Assembly (NCBI GenBank): GCA_965365725.1
Contig: CBDUCU010000001.1
Span: forward strand, 1 to 29,217
Reading direction: 5' to 3'
Length of the DNA: 29,217 nt
DNA from: an uncultured bacterium
GTDB taxonomy: Bacteria; Acidobacteriota; Blastocatellia; Pyrinomonadales; Pyrinomonadaceae
The notes beneath the pieces are model-generated. The model was not told where the DNA came from. It searched no databases and was given only the letters and a program-made list of their open reading frames with translations. A program made the position numbers and the translations under genes. Below, one piece after another: positions 17,939 to 25,018 of the stretch; the first letter of the stretch is position 1, and the number at the start of each line of letters is the position of its first letter.

Positions 17939-18577
17939 TTAAGGACGCGCGGGCGGCTTTGTCTTTGTGTCAACAGACGGCTCTCCGCCAGTAGTGCGCT
18001 CGGAGGGAAGGATGAGCGAAGGGTCTGGACGGTCGGGCGAAGTATGCGTATGTATGATCTTCCAGGCACCGCTGATGCGTTGAAAGACGAGCGTAAGCCG
18101 GCCTGTCGCCGTCTCTTCTGCGTCGCGCACGTTCTGCGTCTGCGTCCACAGACAGGTGATGAGCGCCGAGTCAGGGCTGAGGACGTGGACGCGCACGTCG
18201 CGCACATCGAGCTTTACATCCTTCAAATTTGGATACGAGCTTTCGCGGTTCGTCTTCACCTGCTGCCAGGACTTTGTGACCGTGCCGTTGTTATTAAAGA
18301 GCGTGAGCTGCGGCGAGTTCCAATACGCGCCCATGACGGTCTCAACATCGGCGCGACGGATGCCGTCAACAAGCGTGTCGAAGACTTCGCGTAGGGCGCG
18401 CTCGGTTGGAGAAGTCCGCGAGGCGCTGGGTTTCGGCGGCGGGGCGGGCGCAGCTTGCCCCGGACGTGCGGGCGTGCCCGTGACTGTTTGCACCTCGGAC
18501 GGTTTGGTGTTCTGCGCAAAAGCGACGGGGGCGAGCGTCGCCGCGAGCGCGGAGGCAAAAACTAATCTTTTGAACAT
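17939..18577 (-). CDS. Exported NTF2/SnoaL-like (DUF4440-type) protein, paralog of 2881-3348
   Basis: Signal peptide (AFA), Pro-rich linker, GRLTLVFQRISGAWKIIHTHTS. Confidence 0.78.
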   Translation of the reverse strand: MFKRLVFASALAATLAPVAFAQNTKPSEVQTVTGTPARPGQAAPAPPPKPSASRTSPTERALREVFDTLVDGIRRADVETVMGAYWNSPQLTLFNNNGTVTKSWQQVKTNRESSYPNLKDVKLDVRDVRVHVLSPDSALITCLWTQTQNVRDAEETATGRLTLVFQRISGAWKIIHTHTSPDRPDPSLILPSERTTGGEPSVDTKTKPPARP

Positions 18578-18660
18578 TGCTGTAGATCCCCCTTCAAAAT
18601 GTCGAAGGCGCGAATGAGGAATTTTTCACCCGCGCCGCCTGTAAAGTTGACACTAAATTT

Positions 18661-20160
18661 TTAGACCAGACGCGCGGCCTCGCGCAAGCGGCGCACGCTG
18701 CGCTCGCGGCCCACGACATCGTACACGTCAAACATCGACGGCCCAACCGATTGGCCCGTCAAGGCCGTCCGCGAAGCATTGATAAAGAGTCCGGCCTTGA
18801 CGCCTGCTTCATCTGCAAACGCGCGAAGCGCCGCTTCCACGTTCTCCATCGTCCACGTCTCAACCGTCTCGATGCGTTCGGCGAGCGCGGGCAACAGCTC
18901 TTTCAAGCGCGGCTCTTTTTTCAGATTCTTGGCAACGGCTGCGTCGTCAAACTCGAAATCATCGGCAAAGTATGCACGACCCTGGGCGGAAAAATCCTTG
19001 AGCGTGTAGAAGCGTTGACGGATGAGATCAATCGTTCTTTCAAGCCAAGCGCGCTCACCTCCATCAAACTCGGCGCGCCAAAGTCCGGCGGCTTCAAGCT
19101 CTCTGCGAACAAGCGGCAGAAGCTCTGCAAGAGGCATCATGCGGATGTATTCGGCGTTCATCCAAAGGGCCTTCTGGTCAGTCCATTGTCGCGCGTCGTG
19201 CTCGTTGAAATTGAAGACGGCGTTTGAGCGGTGAATGCCTTCGAGCGAAAACTTTTGCACAAGCTCGTCGAGCGACATGATTTCCGTTCCGTCTTCTGAA
19301 GCCCAACCGAGCAGCGCGAGAAAATTGCGGAAGGCTGCGGCGACAAACCCTCGGTCGCGGTAAGTGGTTAACGAGACGACCTCGCCATGCTTGCGCTTTG
19401 AGAGCTTTGCCTTGTTCGGAGCGAGTATGAGAGGCAGGTGAGCAAATGTTGGAATCTGCGCACCGAGAGCCTCGTAGATGAGAACCTGTTTGTGCGTGTT
19501 CGTCAGATGGTCTTGACCGCGTATGACGTGCGTGATCCGCATCTCGATGTCGTCAACGACGACCGAGAGATTGTAGAGCGGCGACAGATCGCCGGAGCGC
19601 AAGAGCACAAGGTCTTCAATCTCGGAATAATCGCGCTCCTGCGGCCCGTAGACAACGTCTTCAAACTGCGAGCGCCCGTCGCGCGCAACCTTCAGACGCA
19701 CGGCAAACGGCTCGCCCTCTGTGGCGCGCCGGTTCGACTCTTCTGATGGAAGATCGCGAAACGGATTGCTTCTGTGATCTGCGCCCTCGTTTGCGCCGCG
19801 CCGCGCGCGCTCGGCAATCTCCTGCTTGATGCCTGCGTCGGAGCGTTCCTCTTTCGGCGTGAAATCTCTGTAAGCTTTGCCCTCTTCGATGAGTCGCAGC
19901 GCGGCGGCGCGGTGCTTCTCGGCGTTGCGCGATTGAAAGACGATCTCTTCGTCGTAGTCTGCAAAGCCGAGCCACTCGAGCCCTTCGAGAATCGAGCGCG
20001 TTGACTCGTCGGTCGAGCGTTGCAGGTCCGTGTCTTCGACGCGCAGCAAAAACTTGCCTCCCGTCTTGCGTGCATAGAGCCAGTTAAAGAGCGCGGTGCG
20101 CGCACTCCCGATGTGGAGGTAGCCTGTGGGCGATGGTGCGAAACGGACGCGAACGGTCAT
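18661..20160 (-). CDS. gltX: Glutamate--tRNA ligase
   Basis: RVRFAPSPTGYLHIG (HIGH), LLRVEDTD, HVIRGQDH, KLSKR (KMSKS). Start at ATG 20160 (MTVRVRF). Confidence 0.96.
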   Translation of the reverse strand: MTVRVRFAPSPTGYLHIGSARTALFNWLYARKTGGKFLLRVEDTDLQRSTDESTRSILEGLEWLGFADYDEEIVFQSRNAEKHRAAALRLIEEGKAYRDFTPKEERSDAGIKQEIAERARRGANEGADHRSNPFRDLPSEESNRRATEGEPFAVRLKVARDGRSQFEDVVYGPQERDYSEIEDLVLLRSGDLSPLYNLSVVVDDIEMRITHVIRGQDHLTNTHKQVLIYEALGAQIPTFAHLPLILAPNKAKLSKRKHGEVVSLTTYRDRGFVAAAFRNFLALLGWASEDGTEIMSLDELVQKFSLEGIHRSNAVFNFNEHDARQWTDQKALWMNAEYIRMMPLAELLPLVRRELEAAGLWRAEFDGGERAWLERTIDLIRQRFYTLKDFSAQGRAYFADDFEFDDAAVAKNLKKEPRLKELLPALAERIETVETWTMENVEAALRAFADEAGVKAGLFINASRTALTGQSVGPSMFDVYDVVGRERSVRRLREAARLV

Positions 20161-20169
20161 AGTGTTCAA

Positions 20170-20249
20170 ATGATAAACGCGGAACGATGAACGATGAATA
20201 AAAGACAAGCCGCTTTTAATTCATCGTGGCAGCGTTCCGCGTTCATCGT
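20170..20249. repeat. Inverted pair of ACGATGA-type period-7 arrays between tRNA-Ser and gltX
   Basis: ATGATAA ACGCGGA ACGATGA ACGATGA (20170-20197) versus TCATCGT GGCAGCGT TCCGCGT TCATCGT (20221-20249). Confidence 0.8.
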
Positions 20250-20258
20250 TTCAAATTC

Positions 20259-20349
20259 TGGCGGAGATGGCAGGATTCGAACCTGCGATAGGCTTTTGAC
20301 CTATAACGGTTTAGCAAACCGCCGCCTTCAGCCACTCGGCCACATCTCC
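20259..20349 (-). tRNA. tRNA-Ser (anticodon GCT), 91 nt, long variable arm, encoded CCA
   Basis: GGAGATG/CATCTCC acceptor stem, D-loop GAGTGG, anticodon loop TTGCTAA, GGTTCGAATCC T-arm, discriminator G. Confidence 0.97.
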
Positions 20350-20381
20350 GCGCGCTTGTGGCTCAACCAGAGCGAATTGAG

Positions 20382-20410
20382 ATTTTCCGCGTCGCCTGCG
20401 GGTTTGTCAA
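20382..20410 (-). promoter_or_regulatory. Probable sigma70 promoter for the tRNA (TTGACA-N17-GAAAAT)
   Basis: Perfect -35 at 20410-20405; weaker -10. Confidence 0.5.
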
Positions 20411-20445
20411 GCGAAGTGGTCAGCAACAGAGAACGGCATGAACGT

Positions 20446-21543
20446 TTACCTGCGTGGATCAATGAGAGCTTTAACGACGCGCCCAGTGGCGACTGCCGCA
20501 AGCGCATCATTGGCTTGTGCGAGAGAGTAGCGTTCGAGCTTAAGCTCGGCCCAGCCGCGCCGGCGCACGGGGTCTGAGATGATCTGCGCGCCTCGATAAA
20601 AGTGTGAGAAATCAGACCCCCAACAGCCGCGCACGTCCAGGTGTTTGCGGTTGAGGTCTGTGTGCGGGTTGAGGTTGACCTCGCCGTGATCCGTGTACTG
20701 ACCGACGATGACGACTGTTCCTGCGTCGCGCGTATAGCGCATCGATTGAACGACAGCGACGGGCGAGCCGGTCGCTTCGATGGTCACATCAGCACCGCGC
20801 CCGTTTGTCTGTTCAAGAACCCATTCGAGACGCACTGCTTCATTGTGCGTGTCGATGTCTATTGTGGCGAAGGCTCCGGCAGCTTGCGCGGCTGCCAGAC
20901 GCGCAGCCGGTGCGCCGATGCAGAGGACGCGAAGCGCGCCCGCCATCTGCGCAAAGATGACTGTTGAGAGACCGACAGGGCCGCTTCCGAGAACGAGAAC
21001 CGTGTCGCCGAGTTTTATTCCCGCGCGTTCGACGGCGTGCAGCGCGGTTGGCAGCGCGCAGCCACCGGCCATAAAAGTCTCCGGCTCAACTTCGTCAAGT
21101 CGTATGCAGCGCGTCGCGGGCTTGAGATAAATCTTTTCGGCCCAACCGCCTGCTAAAGTGTCGCTCGCGCCGTAGGTGATGCCATAGACTTTTCTTGCCG
21201 GACAGCGCGTCGTCGCCTTTGCAACGAGACAATGCCAGCAGGCGTTGCACGTTCGATGCACGTCGAGAAACGTCGCGCGGTCGCCTTCACGAAAAGGCTT
21301 GCCTTCAACGTCCAACATTTTTCCGCGAATCTTTGAGAGACGACCGACCGAGACGTGACCGGGGATAAGAGGATATGGAACACCCGCAAGACGGCCCTGT
21401 TGCAGATAAACATCCGTGCCGCAGACTTCGCTCAGTTCAACATCAAAAAGCGCGGAATCTTGTTCAAGCTCAGGCTCTTCAAACTCGCGTAGTTCGACCG
21501 GCGCATGCGGTTCTGGGATGATCGCGGCCAAGACTTTGGGCAT
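20446..21543 (-). CDS. Zinc-dependent medium-chain alcohol dehydrogenase (MDR family)
   Basis: CGTD, GH(V) in place of GHE, structural-Zn CxxCxxC-x8-C, GCALPT, Rossmann GSGPVG. Confidence 0.88.
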   Translation of the reverse strand: MPKVLAAIIPEPHAPVELREFEEPELEQDSALFDVELSEVCGTDVYLQQGRLAGVPYPLIPGHVSVGRLSKIRGKMLDVEGKPFREGDRATFLDVHRTCNACWHCLVAKATTRCPARKVYGITYGASDTLAGGWAEKIYLKPATRCIRLDEVEPETFMAGGCALPTALHAVERAGIKLGDTVLVLGSGPVGLSTVIFAQMAGALRVLCIGAPAARLAAAQAAGAFATIDIDTHNEAVRLEWVLEQTNGRGADVTIEATGSPVAVVQSMRYTRDAGTVVIVGQYTDHGEVNLNPHTDLNRKHLDVRGCWGSDFSHFYRGAQIISDPVRRRGWAELKLERYSLAQANDALAAVATGRVVKALIDPRR

Positions 21544-21606
21544 TGTGGTTTTCAGTCTCCGGGAAAATTATTGCGCGCGGACGGGATGTTACAATCAACG
21601 CCCTGT

Positions 21607-22458
21607 ATGTCGGAAGTCGATCTGTCGCGGCGAAAATTTATCAAGGGGTTGGCGGCAGCCGGTCTCGTCGGCGCGTCGGCTGCGTCCGCCTACGCCACAC
21701 TCTTCGAGCCTTTCAATTATGAGTTGACCGAAACAGATGTTTTTCTCAGCAATCTGCCCGCAGCATTCGACGGCTTTCGCATCGCACACCTCACGGACGT
21801 GCATCACAGCCGCCTCGTCTCAATCGACGAAGTAAGGCGCGTCGTCGAGATTGCAAAGCGCGCGCGCCCGGATATGGTCGTGCTCACGGGCGATTACACG
21901 ACCGCGCGCCGCAGCTATATCGACCCCTGTGCCGGAGCGCTCGCATCGATTGAAACGCCGCACGGGACATGGGCCGTGCTCGGCAATCACGACCACTACA
22001 ACGACGCGGAGCTGACAACGCGCGCACTCGCGCGGCACGGCATTAACGTCCTCAACAACGCGAACACAAAGATCGCGCGCAGAGGCGACTCGTTGCAGCT
22101 TGCGGGTGTAGACGATTGGGGCTGGGGCGCGTGCGACATTCCGCGCGCGCTAAGCGGACTCGACCCTGCGCGCGCTATCGTCATGCTCTCGCACGAGCCG
22201 CGCGTCTTTGATATGGAAGGGGCGCGTGCGGTTTCACTCATGCTGTGCGGCCACACGCACGGCGGTCAAATCAACTTGCCTTTCATCGGAGCGCCCGCAC
22301 GCTTTCTCGCACGCCAGGAGTTTCGCTACATGCGCGGTCTCTACACACGCGACGACGCGCAGCTCTACGTCTCGCGCGGCACGGGCGTGATCGGCATCCC
22401 CGCGCGCTTCGGCGCACGCCCCGAAATCGCTTTGCTTCGTCTCCGGCAAAAAAAGTGA
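21607..22458 (+). CDS. Tat-signal calcineurin-like metallophosphoesterase (YkuE-like)
   Basis: SRRKFIK twin-arginine motif; DVH, GDY, GNHD, SHEP and GHTHGG metal motifs. Confidence 0.88.
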   Translation: MSEVDLSRRKFIKGLAAAGLVGASAASAYATLFEPFNYELTETDVFLSNLPAAFDGFRIAHLTDVHHSRLVSIDEVRRVVEIAKRARPDMVVLTGDYTTARRSYIDPCAGALASIETPHGTWAVLGNHDHYNDAELTTRALARHGINVLNNANTKIARRGDSLQLAGVDDWGWGACDIPRALSGLDPARAIVMLSHEPRVFDMEGARAVSLMLCGHTHGGQINLPFIGAPARFLARQEFRYMRGLYTRDDAQLYVSRGTGVIGIPARFGARPEIALLRLRQKK

Positions 22459-22459
22459 A

Positions 22460-22554
22460 GAAAGAGAGATGAGTAATAAGTGATGAGAAAAAAGTTGCCT
22501 TTACTCATCTCTCATCACTCGTTACTCATCACTTTTTCTACTTATTACTTATCG
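22460..22554. repeat. Inverted pair of TGATGAG/CTCATCA period-7 arrays between convergent genes
   Basis: AGATGAG TAATAAG TGATGAG AAAAAAG (22467-22494) versus CTCATCT CTCATCA CTCGTTA CTCATCA (22504-22531), then CTTATTA CTTATCG. Confidence 0.8.
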
Positions 22555-22944
22555 TTAAGAAAGACTTGTCGGGCGCGGGGCGCTCATCAATCGAACGGGA
22601 GGCTGCGGCGCGCAGCAGACGCGTTCGAGTCGCGCGCGGTCGCGCTGCATCTCACGGTCTTCAGCAAGCCAACGCATCACTTCTTCAAACACTTTTGCGG
22701 CGTGCGGATTCTCGTGCGCGATGACGCGATAATGCATCCACTTGCCTTCACGCCGCGCGCCGACCACACCGGCGCGGCGCAGGTATGCAAGATGGCGCGA
22801 AATCTTCGGCTGACTCTCGCCCAAGACCTCGACAAAAAAGCAGACGCAGACCTCGTCGCGCCCCATCATGTTCAAAAGTCGCAGCCGCGTGCGGTCTGCA
22901 AGCGCCTTAAAGAGCAGTTCCATCTGTTTATGTTTGGCTGACAT
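22555..22944 (-). CDS. arsR: ArsR/SmtB-family repressor, probably As(III)-sensing
   Basis: FKALADRTRLRLL, EVCVC, SQPKISRHLAYLRRAG, REGKWMHY and a C-terminal CC; divergent from arsM. Confidence 0.88.
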   Translation of the reverse strand: MSAKHKQMELLFKALADRTRLRLLNMMGRDEVCVCFFVEVLGESQPKISRHLAYLRRAGVVGARREGKWMHYRVIAHENPHAAKVFEEVMRWLAEDREMQRDRARLERVCCAPQPPVRLMSAPRPTSLS

Positions 22945-22999
22945 GAGATAGCCTCGCTGTGAATTTGCTGCGCGCGTCGGATGCACTAATAAATACGTC

Positions 23000-23029
23000 T
23001 TGACATATATGTTTTTCGGGTGCTATCGT
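23000..23029 (+). promoter_or_regulatory. arsM promoter TTGACA ... TGC-TATCGT (extended -10)
   Basis: TTGACA 23000-23005, TG 23021-23022, TATCGT 23024-23029. Confidence 0.65.
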
Positions 23030-23034
23030 GCCGA

Positions 23035-23056
23035 CATATTCGCATAGGCGAATGTG
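23035..23056. promoter_or_regulatory. Putative ArsR operator CATATTCGC-ATAG-GCGAATGTG
   Basis: 9-4-9 inverted repeat with one mismatch, overlapping the predicted transcription start. Confidence 0.65.
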
Positions 23057-23154
23057 ATTGTAGGCAGGATGAAGTGAGAAGACAAGCCTGCTGCGACGTT
23101 TGAAAGAATTTTTGAGGGTCGGCCAATGTTCGGCCCGGAAAGAGAGAGTTGGCG

Positions 23155-24108
23155 ATGTCTGAAGCGATTATCGATGCGGTGCGTTCGAGATATGGTGCGG
23201 TCGCGCAAGGAGGACTTTCGAGCGAGCAGGAGGGCGTGCGCGCGGTGGCCGAAGCCTTTGGCTACACGGCGGAAGAGCTGGCCTCGATCCCGGCGGAAGC
23301 GAACATGGGGCTTTCATGCGGCAACCCAACCGCGACGGCTCACTTGCGCGAGGGCGAGACTGTTGTTGATTTGGGTTCGGGCGGCGGTCTCGACGTTTTT
23401 CTTGCGGCACAGAAGGTTGGGCCGACGGGTCGGGCCGTCGGCATCGATATGACAACCGAGATGATCGAGCTTGCGCGCCGCAACGCCGCCAAGTTGCCCG
23501 GCAGTGCGCCCGCCAACGTCGAATTTTATCAGGCCACTATCGACCGTCTGCCGCTGGCAGACAATTCGGTCGATTGCATCATCAGCAACTGCGTCATCAA
23601 TCTTGCGCCCGACAAGCCTGCGGTCTTCCGCGAGATTGCGCGCGTGCTCAAGCCGGGCGGACGTTTGGCCGTCAGTGATATTGCGCTCAAGCGTGAGCTT
23701 CCTCCGGAAATCGGAAACGACTTGATGGCCTACGTCGGCTGCATTGCTGGCGCAATCTCGCTCGACGAATACCGGAGCGGACTCTCGGAAGCGGGCTTTA
23801 GCAATATCGCCATCATCGACGCAAATGCTGATCTAAACGCATATGCACAGGTCGAAGGGCAGTCGGGCTGTTGCTCTCCGGCGATGGATGAAAGCCGCGC
23901 TGAATCGAAATCGCTCCCCGTCAATATGTCTGAATGTTGTGCGCCCGCGTCGAGCACAGAAGCTTCCGCTACATCATGCTGCACACCTGCAACGGTTGAA
24001 AGCGCGCCGGAAGAAAAACTTCACAGCGCGTTGAGCGAACTGCTCTCGCGCTATAACGTTAACGACTACGCAGCGAGCGTCAAGGTCTTCGCCGTCAAGC
24101 CGAATTGA
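23155..24108 (+). CDS. arsM: Arsenite S-adenosylmethionine methyltransferase
   Basis: [17 protein letters not shown] motif, ISNCVINL and YVGCIAGA (the usual ArsM cysteines); CC-rich insert near the C-terminus; divergent arsR. Confidence 0.88.
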   Translation: MSEAIIDAVRSRYGAVAQGGLSSEQEGVRAVAEAFGYTAEELASIPAEANMGLSCGNPTATAHLREGETVVDLGSGGGLDVFLAAQKVGPTGRAVGIDMTTEMIELARRNAAKLPGSAPANVEFYQATIDRLPLADNSVDCIISNCVINLAPDKPAVFREIARVLKPGGRLAVSDIALKRELPPEIGNDLMAYVGCIAGAISLDEYRSGLSEAGFSNIAIIDANADLNAYAQVEGQSGCCSPAMDESRAESKSLPVNMSECCAPASSTEASATSCCTPATVESAPEEKLHSALSELLSRYNVNDYAASVKVFAVKPN

Positions 24109-24168
24109 GTTTGATGAATAGATTTACGCGGCGAAAAACAAGGGCGAGCATCAGTACTTTTTGATTAA

Positions 24169-24213
24169 GCAAAACGGGTCGTGAGTTTGAGTAAAACTCA
24201 CGACCCGTTTTGC
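24169..24213. terminator. Bidirectional terminator-like hairpin between arsM and the spy paralog
   Basis: Perfect 20-bp stem 24169-24188 / 24194-24213, 5-nt loop, with AAAA/TTTT ends. Confidence 0.82.
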
Positions 24214-24234
24214 ATTCACTTTTTTGACAAGTTC

Positions 24235-24762
24235 TTACATCGTCTCGCCGCGCGTTATCTTGCGCTGTTGGCGAAACTGCTCGCGTCTCTCTCTACGCTC
24301 TTTTTTCAACTGTTCGAGCTGCGCGCGCTGCTCGTTGGTCAAAGTGGCAAGCAGTTCCTGACGTTGCGCCTTGCGTCTTTCGCGCAAAGTTTGCATAAGC
24401 GTGCGCGCACGCGCTTGCTGGTCGGCGTTGAGCTGGCCGCCTTCGCGTCTGAGCCTCATCAACTCTCGCAACTCTGTGCGCGCGGCTTTGTTCGACTCGC
24501 GGAAACGCTGCGAGAGCGTGCGCACCTGCTCGCGTTGCGCATCCGTCAGGTTAAGACTCTTGAGCGCGCGCAACCCTGCGCGTCTGTGGTGTCGGCGCAT
24601 CGCTCGTTTGTGTCGTCTGCCCATGCGTCGCTCGCCGCGCGCTTCCGGCCCAACTTGCGGCGCTCCCTGTTGCTGCGGAGCTACGCTTTGCGCAAGCCCC
24701 ACAATCGACAGACCGGCAATCATCCCGGCGGCCAACACAATCTTCGTAAAAGTGCCCTTCAT
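24235..24762 (-). CDS. Spy/CpxP-family (LTXXQ) periplasmic chaperone, paralog of 6138-6689
   Basis: Signal peptide, LNLTDAQ and LTNEQ motifs, GGAG SD; ATG 24762. Confidence 0.85.
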   Translation of the reverse strand: MKGTFTKIVLAAGMIAGLSIVGLAQSVAPQQQGAPQVGPEARGERRMGRRHKRAMRRHHRRAGLRALKSLNLTDAQREQVRTLSQRFRESNKAARTELRELMRLRREGGQLNADQQARARTLMQTLRERRKAQRQELLATLTNEQRAQLEQLKKERRERREQFRQQRKITRGETM

Positions 24763-24896
24763 AAATTTAGCTCCTATCGTGATTGAAACGTTTTGAATTT
24801 CTGCGCCCCGCGTTTGCACGTCTCGCCGGACGGCTTTCTGAACCTTTTAGACGCGCGCGACGTTCTTTTGGTCGAGAAAAGATTCTCGGCGGAAGG

Positions 24897-24960
24897 AAAT
24901 CAGGAGACAGGAGTCAGAAGAGGAGAGAACAGTCAGACGCTTTATTCTGACTTCTGCCTT
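24897..24960. repeat. Short inverted period-7 arrays (GAGTCAG / TTCTGAC)
   Basis: AAATCAG GAGACAG GAGTCAG (24897-24917) versus TTCTGAC TTCTGCC (24945-24958). Confidence 0.55.
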
Positions 24961-25018
24961 CAAAATCCCGGCTGCAATGGCAAAAAAATATTCGTCGCGC
25001 TACAATACCGGCCCGAAG

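Noticed and set aside
18661-20160. Calling GltX discriminating or non-discriminating from the LIRQRF segment
   Set aside because: A single-residue signature is unreliable without an alignment and the glnS/gatCAB inventory.
20259-24213. tRNA-Ser-anchored genomic island carrying the ars genes
   Set aside because: No integrase and no duplicated tRNA 3' end; the tRNA 3' side abuts gltX.
3347-24960. Repeat arrays as CRISPR or transposon ends
   Set aside because: Units are 7 nt with no unique spacers, no cas genes, no transposase and no shared terminal sequence or target duplication.
3353-24977. Longest-ORF starts at 3353, 6087, 7746, 8333, 12607, 20208, 21505, 22986, 24819 and 24977
   Set aside because: The extensions run through repeats, terminators, promoters or other genes; downstream starts fit SD sites, signal peptides or family N-termini better.
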